64,000 nt of DNA, taken from IMG/VR virus record IMGVR_UViG_3300049020_000031, positions 64,001-128,000 of that record; one strand, 5' to 3'. Origin of the DNA: a virus. Made by a program: the position numbers and the translations under genes. The first letter of the stretch is position 1; the number at the start of each line of letters is the position of its first letter. This document shows positions 53,544 to 62,347 of the stretch, piece after piece. The notes under the pieces were generated by a model that was given only the letters and a program-made list of their open reading frames with translations, was not told the origin of the DNA and ran no database searches.

Positions 53544-54607
53544 TTAGAATCTCGAAACAATGAATGAATTCATGGTACATTCAGATGGCGCAACAATCAA
53601 GGCTTAGCCAAGTTGCTGAACCAAAAGAATGATGCGATACAAGCTGCGACTATGTTCAAAACGTATAGGTACCAAAGTCCCACGGTCCAATCCATATAGA
53701 GGAAAGCTCTAGAACTTATGGCTGTCATCACACCCAAGATCGCAATTGTTTTCATCTTGTGATGTTCAATCCAATAAGCAGTCTTTGTGGAGAATGGCCC
53801 CTCCTGTCTAGTTCATCCCACACTACATTTGCCACAACCATCCAATGTGGAATCGCATCTTTCAATCTTGCCGTGATACGAACCAACGTCATCATCGAAA
53901 AAACCGATAATCTAGTCACATCAACCTTTTCCAAGAGATCTTGAATCAAGGAGGTTTCCCCGTAATGAATAGATTCCTCAATCAATTTGAGGATGATTTC
54001 CGATGATTCACGTGGGTTAGTTCTAGCAGCTCGATACGAGAGGAATAGAACTGCGTCAACGATGTTAGCCATAATGAAGATTATACAGTCGTGATGATGG
54101 CCCCCTAGGGGGCCATCATCAGTTTGGTGGGTTAGACCTTGGTCTTGTGCAGTTGTGCGGCCGAGAGCTTGAAACGATCACCAGTTACCGTCTTCACAAT
54201 ATAGGGATATTCACGAGCGCGAGAATTGTAACCAATCACAGTGACCACGCCCAGTCGATTGTCTTTGAACATTGCATTGGGTGCAATATCGTCAAAACGA
54301 CCGTACACATTCAGTGCGGCGGCAAACTTGATATCACTAACGCTTTCACCTTCTGGGGCTGTTTCTTTGCTGACGATTTCCAGCTTGAACGTTCCGGAAC
54401 TACCATCACGCGCAAACGAAGCATTTCCAGCTTCAATCGTCACGCCGTGCTTTTGTGCAATCGCCTCCAGAGCAGCATTGATTTCCAGACGAACAGCTTT
54501 GATAAAGTCGCGATCGATTGTGGTCATTTTGTGTTCCCTAAGTTGTTTGTTGCGATGTATCAAGTATAACACCAGATGAACGCATTCGATCAACTATTTG
54601 AAAAGAA

Positions 54608-54847
54608 TCACAACATTTTTGTAACCACTTTGACGTTGGGTGGTGTATCGTGATCCACTTGACACTTTATACAATAAAGACAACCAGATACCGCACGCCT
54701 ACGGAGCTCAGGTATAGGTTCCCCACAGTCAAGGCAGAAGGGCCGGGAAGGGCCCTTTCTGATCATAAGTCTAGCGAGGCCTATCCCGTTATCCACAATT
54801 GCTTGTGCGTTCTCTGCCTCTTCATCCGGTTTGCCCATTCCACTCAT
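54608..54847 (-). CDS. DksA/TraR C4-type zinc-finger protein
   Basis: CLDCGEPIPELRRRAVSGCLYCIKCQ. Confidence 0.88.
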   Translation of the reverse strand: MSGMGKPDEEAENAQAIVDNGIGLARLMIRKGPSRPFCLDCGEPIPELRRRAVSGCLYCIKCQVDHDTPPNVKVVTKML

Positions 54848-54856
54848 GGGCGTATT

Positions 54857-55966
54857 TTACACGATACGGTAAGTAGTCTTGAAGTAGTGTGTATTCTTGA
54901 ATTGATTGAAGTCAATGGAGTTATGACGAATCGCACCCTTGAGACCATGATTGACAATCAATTCCAACGTAGCCAAAGCACCACCAGCAGTGGTCAACTG
55001 AATACCGGTCAGATCAAGGAATCCGGGTTGATATCGAGCAGAGAATGATTCGATTTCCTTTCGACCATTACGCATGCCCAAGGCTTCACCGTAGACAACA
55101 ATGACATCATCTCTGGTGTATGGATAGAGTTCGAGAAAGCGCTTTTTCAATGCATCGAAGTCAGGACCCACTCGCTTGATGGTAGCCTTGATGAACCCGT
55201 AATGCCCAGGATATCGAATTGTCTTGTAGTTGATATTCTTCACATCAGGAAGATCATGAATCAAACTACCCACTCCACCACTGGTGGTTGCGGCTTCGTA
55301 TTTGACACCATCAAGAATCAGTTCTTCTGGCCAGATCAATGGATCCACGGTCTTCACTTCGCCATTGACTTTCACTTGACAAGAACGGATGTATTCATTC
55401 ACCAATCCATCAACACTCCATGAAAGGGCGTAGGTGCCATCCTGATACATTTGGGTTTCATAACGGATATTCTTCGGCAACGCGCCGACTCTGATGTTCA
55501 GAGTATCCACTGAATCAAAGTCTTTTACCAAGGAATGACCCAAGTAATTGATGAAACCTGGAGCCAACCCGCACTTGGGTGCGCAAGCCAGTTCAGGACT
55601 ATTGGCATAGATGTCATAAACGGCAGCGGCTTGTGCGTCATCTTCCGTGAAGTCCAGATAATTACATCCTGCATTTACCGCCGCCTGTGCAATTTTGGAA
55701 TTAAGGAAGAACGGCATCGCATTGATGACGTGCGTGATAGTGTGCTCTTTGAACACATCAGTGAGTTGTTCTACATCACAATCTTGAACATTCAACACGA
55801 CGGAACCAGCAAAATCATTCTCACGAACGTCGATGCTCAAAATCGTGGAGTTTTCCAAACCACCAGTTTTGATCGTCACGTCACCGGGTGGATTTCTTAA
55901 CAACAGGGTGATTACTGCAGAGCCAATATTACCAGCCCCACCCATTACTGCGATTACATTTTTCAT
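54857..55966 (-). CDS. saccharopine-dehydrogenase-family oxidoreductase (lysine 6-DH / carboxyspermidine DH-like)
   Basis: GGAGNIG, INAMPF, YLDFTED, CGLAPG, VGALP, SWSVDGLVNEY, TSGG, YKTIRYPGH. Confidence 0.85.
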   Translation of the reverse strand: MKNVIAVMGGAGNIGSAVITLLLRNPPGDVTIKTGGLENSTILSIDVRENDFAGSVVLNVQDCDVEQLTDVFKEHTITHVINAMPFFLNSKIAQAAVNAGCNYLDFTEDDAQAAAVYDIYANSPELACAPKCGLAPGFINYLGHSLVKDFDSVDTLNIRVGALPKNIRYETQMYQDGTYALSWSVDGLVNEYIRSCQVKVNGEVKTVDPLIWPEELILDGVKYEAATTSGGVGSLIHDLPDVKNINYKTIRYPGHYGFIKATIKRVGPDFDALKKRFLELYPYTRDDVIVVYGEALGMRNGRKEIESFSARYQPGFLDLTGIQLTTAGGALATLELIVNHGLKGAIRHNSIDFNQFKNTHYFKTTYRIV

Positions 55967-56008
55967 TGTTTTCCTTCGTAAAAAGAGCCACTAATGTGGC
56001 TCTTTGGA

Positions 56009-56770
56009 TTATGGTCTCCAACCTGGAGGAGGTTTGCATCCTATACTGGATGCAGGAAATGGATTCGGAGCCGTTTGATAGTGTAAACGATTTGAATTCA
56101 TTAGTACAATACCGCGTGCTTTCAATCCCTTGGCATCGTCATAATACATTACCACCGTTTCAGTCATGGTATCGATTTCAAACTCAGTATTAGTGGTGTT
56201 GAAATCTGCGGCAGAACCAAAACCAGTTCCCATATTGTTGGTAGTAGCCGATGTCGCGTGTGCTGATACACCCTTGGACACTGACAGATAATCCTGATTA
56301 CTACCATAATATGGTGATGCTCCGTTGCTATTTGCCATACCGCCGATATTCAAACCACGGAACACCGTATTGATATATTGTGGCTGAACAACTTTCTCCG
56401 AGAAGACCATGGCACCAATCACACCACAATTCACGTCAGAGCCCTGGGATGAATTTGCGTAGCTTTCTTTCCTTGACGCGAATAGAAATTTCGCGACTTG
56501 GCTTGAGCTCAAAGTCCAACCAGGAATGATCACCTCTTTGAATGGTTCCACGAGATAACCAGGACTTTGCTCACCCGCTGGTTGCCCATCAGTAACCGAC
56601 AAGCCATCAACACTCAGTACAACCATTTTCCTGGTTCCACTTAGGTTCTGGATGTGGATCTTGAAATCAGAACCGGGCCTACCTTCAATGAAGGTGAGAC
56701 CTTGGTGTTGATACTCACTCACCGGATTCCCATTCACGGAGACTCTCAAGTTTATTTGATTGCCTCTCAT
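56009..56770 (-). CDS. conserved hypothetical protein co-transcribed with the vWA gene
   Basis: VLSVDGLSV.DG, IPGW, GVIG.MVF.E, MGTGFG. Confidence 0.7.
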   Translation of the reverse strand: MRGNQINLRVSVNGNPVSEYQHQGLTFIEGRPGSDFKIHIQNLSGTRKMVVLSVDGLSVTDGQPAGEQSPGYLVEPFKEVIIPGWTLSSSQVAKFLFASRKESYANSSQGSDVNCGVIGAMVFSEKVVQPQYINTVFRGLNIGGMANSNGASPYYGSNQDYLSVSKGVSAHATSATTNNMGTGFGSAADFNTTNTEFEIDTMTETVVMYYDDAKGLKARGIVLMNSNRLHYQTAPNPFPASSIGCKPPPGWRP

Positions 56771-56773
56771 GAT

Positions 56774-57433
56774 TTACTCCTTGGGCAGATTGGAGAAGAA
56801 ATTGTCTTCTGATCCAACCGTACTAGCCATTGAACGAACGTTTCGGTAGTTGGTAGTTGCGGCACTCAAAGTACCCATTGCACCTTTGATGTTTGTCGTG
56901 TCATAGCTCATGGTATTACCCACAGTCATGCCGAATTGTTGGCCTACTGCCCAAGCGTCTTGGTTCGCACCCATGTAGACGAAGGACCAGCCCAGAGCTT
57001 CCTTCTCTTTGATCATCGCCTTGACGGATTCAGCAGTATATTCACGGCTACAATTATCATATCCGTCGGTCATGATGACCATCAGGATGTTATTTGCATC
57101 AGCGAATGATTCCAGAGCCTTGATGCGGAAACCAATCGCATCATAGAGGTTCGTAGATGAATTCGGAGCGTATGTGTTTCGATTCAAGTCTTCAACATCA
57201 AGGATGGATTTTGCCATATAGACCGAATTGACTCCACGACTATCAAACTTTGTCAAAGACAACAGGCAGTTGTCCGCATTGTTGATTTTCTGACCATGAA
57301 CGTATTCATTGAAGCCGCTGATCGTTGCATCTCGGCATGATTCCATGGAACCAGTTTCATCGAGAAGAAACTCAATCAGAGTAGTGGAGTTGGTAGAAGA
57401 AGAAGGTGTTTCCACCTTGAGAGCGATTGCCAT
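56774..57433 (-). CDS. von Willebrand factor A domain protein
   Basis: MIDAS LLDETGSM, T.LYDAIG, IMTDGYDN.S, F.YMGANQDA. Confidence 0.88.
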   Translation of the reverse strand: MAIALKVETPSSSTNSTTLIEFLLDETGSMESCRDATISGFNEYVHGQKINNADNCLLSLTKFDSRGVNSVYMAKSILDVEDLNRNTYAPNSSTNLYDAIGFRIKALESFADANNILMVIMTDGYDNCSREYTAESVKAMIKEKEALGWSFVYMGANQDAWAVGQQFGMTVGNTMSYDTTNIKGAMGTLSAATTNYRNVRSMASTVGSEDNFFSNLPKE

Positions 57434-57613
57434 AAATTTTCCTTACACGTCTTACTGCCAGCCGACTTGCTGGACTTCTGCGTGTTTACATGTGACACCA
57501 TTGTCACATGGTATTTATTATAGCGATTGTCTATTAACTAGCAATATTATTTTTGAAAAGGCTATCAGTGAATTTTCTGTGATTTACTGCGATTATCATG
57601 CTATTATATTCAT

Positions 57614-58264
57614 ATGCCCAAGATTCAAATATGGAAAATCCTCGACGACGGTGACTTGGAAGAAGCGTTCATCTCGAGTAAAAGACCCGGGGAGCCAAAA
57701 CCCTTTAAACCGGACGTTCGTGAACACGAAACCATAGAACGCATGCGAAGGGTATGTTCTTCCCCCAGTGATGTTGCTCTATTCATCAAGGGTGAATGGA
57801 AGCTATTCTTCAATCGTGGTTTGCGATTGCTTCCTGATGAGCAAAAGTGGGGATCGAATAAAACTCCCAAAATGGTAGATCTTGTTTACCGCGTTACCTG
57901 GTTTGGTGAATATCCCTGTTCAAAGATAGCCCCTTTGGGGAAGCCAACCAATTGGTTGGGATTGAACAAGGATCACCCGCCCACATACTTGGCGTATTCC
58001 CTTTTCATGGAAATGATATTTGATGCGCCCTTGCCTGTCCCACCCAGGATTATGTTCCAGAATACGGGCGTCAATGTCGAGGGATCATCTACAAAGGTAC
58101 GCCTCCCATACAACCGTGATCAGAATGTGAATCAAACAGTAGTCAGTATGGACTTGGTTTTATTCCTGGATGATTGGGTGGAAATAGGGAAAGCAGCCAC
58201 AGTCAGTAGATTGACTGGTGACGATCCTATGATCAATCGCCACTATGCGAAAAGAGACAATTAG
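57614..58264 (+). CDS. hypothetical protein, probably leaderless
   Basis: TGnTATTAT, 6-nt spacer, ATG. Confidence 0.6.
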   Translation: MPKIQIWKILDDGDLEEAFISSKRPGEPKPFKPDVREHETIERMRRVCSSPSDVALFIKGEWKLFFNRGLRLLPDEQKWGSNKTPKMVDLVYRVTWFGEYPCSKIAPLGKPTNWLGLNKDHPPTYLAYSLFMEMIFDAPLPVPPRIMFQNTGVNVEGSSTKVRLPYNRDQNVNQTVVSMDLVLFLDDWVEIGKAATVSRLTGDDPMINRHYAKRDN

Positions 58265-58650
58265 GAACTTTCCTGAAGATTGACGTCATATTTCGCAGCA
58301 GCACGTCGCATTACTGATCGCAAATACAGCTTCCCCTCTGGCTCATACGGTGTGCTCCGCACTTGCTTACCATGAAGCAGGGCTAGGTGGAAGAATGCGT
58401 CAACGAGGAAAGTACCCACTCCTTGATTTTTGAATCTGGGAGACACCGTGACTGCTCCGAGTCCGAATGCATTCTCCATCCATTGGGTGTTTTCCACAAA
58501 CACCACCATCCCGGCAACCTCACCATTGATTTCGCAAAGCAGATAGCTTCGATATTCCACGACATCGTGAGAGAAATATGCAAAATCTTCCTCAGGCAAT
58601 GCTTTCACCGAGGACTTGTCACTGCCTTGCAAAATAGTGATGAGTTTCAT
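58261..58650 (-). CDS. GNAT acetyltransferase
   Basis: V.VSPRFKNQGVG. Confidence 0.75.
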   Translation of the reverse strand: MKLITILQGSDKSSVKALPEEDFAYFSHDVVEYRSYLLCEINGEVAGMVVFVENTQWMENAFGLGAVTVSPRFKNQGVGTFLVDAFFHLALLHGKQVRSTPYEPEGKLYLRSVMRRAAAKYDVNLQESS

Positions 58651-59529
58651 GTGGTTCATTATAGCATGAAATGAAAAAGATGGTGTGGGGTCCACACCAT
58701 CTTTTATAAAATCACCCAATTAGTAAGGGCGATTCAACAGACCCAGTGCCTTGCGAGCATCTGGAGTCAGCTCATCCCAAGTCTTCTTAGCCAATTCACG
58801 CAAACGCGACGCTTCTGCTCGTTCAGCGTCCTTCTTGTCCAAAAATTCAACCACCTCTTCAAATGTGTGGGATTCAGAAGTGAGTGTAAGGTTGCCAAAC
58901 CAGAACAGATCAGCATTCGACTTGAACGAGTCGGAATCGGTGATCTTCAGTTCCGGGCCATCAGCACCTTCCACCACATTGACGTTCAGGTTGCCATAAT
59001 TACCGAGGCGAACCATCAGAGCCAGCATCTTACCAGCAGTGGAATTCTTGCTTGCTTCGAGATTGGCCTTACGAGCTGCCAGTTCCCGGGCTTCTTGTTC
59101 AGCTTGTTCCTTCTCACGCAGCTCACGATTCAGCTTCGCGGTTTGTGCACGAGTCAGGGGTTTTGCAGCTTCAGTCATTTTCATCATCCTATTGCGTTTG
59201 CGATAAGTTGATTATAGTTCATTTGGTGAACTAGTCAAGCGCTTTTGCCAACAGTTCACGCCAATTGAATAAAAATTCAAAATAATCAGAATCTTCGTCG
59301 AATCCGATTTGTGTTCGATTCAAACCAACTCGTTCTCTTTGTATCTCGCCCCTGGATTCAAAGTGACGCACGCATCCAGTCAAAGCTGTTTGAAACACAA
59401 CCCCTGCCACAGAAGATTCATTGTGTATTTCAAATTCCACAACTCTGGGATAGATAGTCATGGTGTCATCAAGAATCGGAATATCATCCCGGTCCTTGAT
59501 GGTGATACGAAAGCCCTTGATACTGATCA

Positions 59530-59949
59530 TTAGATGAACGAGTGGTTTTCCGTATCGTCACTCTTCACCGCAGACGACCACTTCGCAGCCAGAAGCTGGT
59601 TCTCAAACGCTTCGGCAAACCCTGGATAGATGCTCTCGATATCCTTGATGGCGATTTCCTTGTAGGGAGCCTTATCACCGCTTGGATGCGTCTTCTTGCG
59701 AGCCAGTCGTTGCAGCTCTGCATATTGGTACGAACCAAAGTGACGCTTGAACGACAAGGATTTACCACGAGCTCCCCAGAAGTTATAGACGGAGCCTGGT
59801 TCTGGAGGGTACCAATATGGATGCTTCTTTTCATATTCAGTACGCTCGTCCGCGGATGCGTTCTTGAATTCCACGAAACCCCAGATCTTGTCAGAGGTGC
59901 CTTCATTACACCATGCGAAAAACTTGATCGTGTAGCTATCCAGTGCCAT
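59530..59949 (-). CDS. WGR-like domain protein
   Basis: WCNEGTSDKIWG...FWGARGKSLSFK; GGAG SD. Confidence 0.55.
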   Translation of the reverse strand: MALDSYTIKFFAWCNEGTSDKIWGFVEFKNASADERTEYEKKHPYWYPPEPGSVYNFWGARGKSLSFKRHFGSYQYAELQRLARKKTHPSGDKAPYKEIAIKDIESIYPGFAEAFENQLLAAKWSSAVKSDDTENHSFI

Positions 59950-60057
59950 ATTGGAATCTCCAGTTGTCGTTGATGTAACTATTATACAACCGCAGATGAA
60001 ATTTCGCAAGCCACAAATGAAAAAAGGGACCGAAGTCCCTTTTTGGATTCAAACAGA

Positions 60058-60726
60058 TTAGACTGGATCAGTTACATCAAAAGTAGCTGATGTGGCGCTA
60101 ACGCCGATTACATCGCCTGAGAAGTCACGAACTGAAACAGTTACGCCAGTGCCAGCTTGTGCAATGGTGATTGCAAAGGAGAATTCAATTCCTTCAACTG
60201 TCAGACCAGTCACGTTGGTCCAAGTACCAGCATCGACCCGATATTGCATCTTCGTAGGAGCAGCGCCTTCGAAGGAACCACTCACGGTGAATGCTACGCC
60301 AGTTTCCTGATCTTCGATTGTGTCGAGAGCCATCACTTCGGTGACTTCTGGTTCTGGTTCTGGTTCTGGTTCTGTACCAACCACGCCCAAAGTAGCGGCG
60401 TCAACATTGTTGGCGTTGTTCCAGTTGATGGCCAGACCTTCGGTCGTCCATGCTGTGAAGTTTTGCAGGTTCTTGACGAACACTTCGCTGTCGTCAGCCA
60501 GTGTGGCTACGATGGTAGCCATACCAGCAACCAGAGTTTCAGCTTCGTCAGTAGTTTGGGCCAGGGATACTACGAACATAGTCGTACCGTCTACAGTTAC
60601 TTGGTAACGTGTAGAACCCATTTGCTTTACGATGTAGCCAGTGACTACAGATGTTCCGTTGTGGAATTGGATTGCGATCTTGCCGTCTTCGGCACCAAAG
60701 AAAGCGTTTGACAATGGACGTCCCAT
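60058..60726 (-). CDS. putative virion structural/decoration protein with a PE linker and Ig-like C-terminal domain
   Basis: MGRPL start, (EP)n linker, Thr/Val-rich beta domain, late-type CATAAATA at 60774-81. Confidence 0.55.
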   Translation of the reverse strand: MGRPLSNAFFGAEDGKIAIQFHNGTSVVTGYIVKQMGSTRYQVTVDGTTMFVVSLAQTTDEAETLVAGMATIVATLADDSEVFVKNLQNFTAWTTEGLAINWNNANNVDAATLGVVGTEPEPEPEPEVTEVMALDTIEDQETGVAFTVSGSFEGAAPTKMQYRVDAGTWTNVTGLTVEGIEFSFAITIAQAGTGVTVSVRDFSGDVIGVSATSATFDVTDPV

Positions 60727-61796
60727 AATATTCTCCTTGATAGGGCCATCAACATGATGGCTAATGTCAAGTCTATTTATGGTTTTCCATAGTCAAACTG
60801 TATCATTTTCCCGTTCATCCTTAATCGTCTTAGCCATCTTGGACACATCAGAAATAATGCGAGTCATCCGTCTTTTCCTGGTTGCCGTTTTATTGATCTG
60901 AAACGACACCAGACATAACACAGTCGGGATGGCGTAGAGCAGAATCAACATGAATTGCCACTCAGAAAACCTAGAATGAATGAATAGGTTCCACAAAACT
61001 CCCACCAGCATACTGCCGTTGATAAACGCGGCAATAGCTAGGATCATTTGAGTTCCAAAGTACATTCTTACTCCCAGAATTTCCACCAAGGACGAGTCAT
61101 TTTCACGAAGTCTGGATCTTCAGGACGAACCCAACCATAGGGATTCTTCTTACCGGCCTCGGTTTGCAGATAAGCTAGTTCATCTTCCAGTTGCTTCACC
61201 TTCCAATCAAGCTCAGCCTGATATGCAGGGAGATTACCGTCATCGTAGATTCTAACAAGTTTGCGACATTCAAGGAATGTCATCCCTGATTGAACGCATC
61301 CGCTCTCAAGACCAGCTCGATATTGAACCGTGTGCAGGCGATGCAACGAGAATCCCAACAGCACCAGAACGACTACGATACAAGCTAGGGCGCTGGCGAT
61401 TGTCCAATCAATTTTAAACTTTTTCACTGATAGCTCCAATGGGAAATGATGATATGCCAGTATACGACACATCATCAGTTAATGTGGTAAGATGAACTTA
61501 ATTTAAACCGCTTGATACATTTCAGGGCCCGTTACCTCACCAACACGTTGGATAGCACCGTCGTTGATAAGTTCTTGCAGTGGGCCCCGGACTTCACTCA
61601 ACCAATTGGTGACTGTGTGGCCGTCAGCCTTCACTGCTTCGCTGATCTGTGCCCAAGTAGCGGTTCCGCTCTTTGCGATGAAGTTATCCAGAGTGCTCAA
61701 CATTTTGCGACGATTTACGGCCATTTTGATCTCCTTGTTGCGATAGTTGATTATACTTCATTTGGTGAAAAACGCAACAAGTATTTGAATCCAATG

Positions 61797-61823
61797 AAAA
61801 AGAGTGGCTTGCGCCACTCTTTT
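61797..61823 (-). terminator. terminator of the tmRNA gene
   Basis: AAGAGTGGC-GCAA-GCCACTCTTTTT. Confidence 0.8.
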
Positions 61824-62183
61824 AAGGTCATGTTGTTACACAGTTGACCGAACTATGAATCAGGCCGCGATGGCTTGATTGTAGGAATTATCGTTTGCAG
61901 ATAAAAGTTTCGCATCCTTAACGACGTCGCATGTCGTGTTGTCAAGCTCCGATATCTCGCCGAGTCGATAGCCAGTTCACCCCCATCACAAGCGCTCTAG
62001 CGTTCCAAACTGCCTCAGCGAGAGTTGAACTCGCCCGCGTCTACATCGCAACAACTTTGACCCCGTAAGCGCCGGAATCGAACCGACGTGCTGGAGCGCT
62101 TGTGGTGGAGGTGGGGAGAGTCGAACTCCCGTGTTCGCCGCCTTCACTTTACCATCTGGTGGGTGATCCCACCTACAACAATT
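61824..62183 (-). ncRNA. ssrA: circularly permuted (two-piece) tmRNA
   Basis: The acceptor piece (T-arm GGGAG TTCGACT CTCCC, then CACCTCC-A-CCA ending at 62103) precedes the coding piece. The coding piece starts GGGGGTG at 61984 (G3.U70 pair) and carries the tag ORF GCA..TGA at 61898-61860 = ANDNSYNQAIAA*. Confidence 0.9.
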
Positions 62184-62189
62184 TCAATT

Positions 62190-62218
62190 AGTATAACACC
62201 ATGATATTTACACCGCAA
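62190..62218 (-). promoter_or_regulatory. sigma70-type promoter of the tmRNA
   Basis: TTGCGG, 17-nt spacer, TATACT. Confidence 0.65.
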
Positions 62219-62347
62219 GTCATAAATCCAACCAATTTAAAAGACTGTCAAGTGCGGGAATGAGTACCATGATTATGATGAATATAACCAAGATCAAGGC
62301 AATGAAGTCAAACCACCCAGTGGGTGGTTTACTGCCATCAGGATGAT

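Noticed and set aside
60345-60373. (GTTCTG)n DNA repeat
   Set aside because: It simply encodes the Glu-Pro linker of the 60058..60726 protein.
61985-62102. Standalone canonical tRNA or a definite Y RNA
   Set aside because: There is no anticodon arm or CCA in canonical order, no Ro60-binding motif is recognisable, and no Ro60 gene is in the window. It is kept only as a tRNA-like element.
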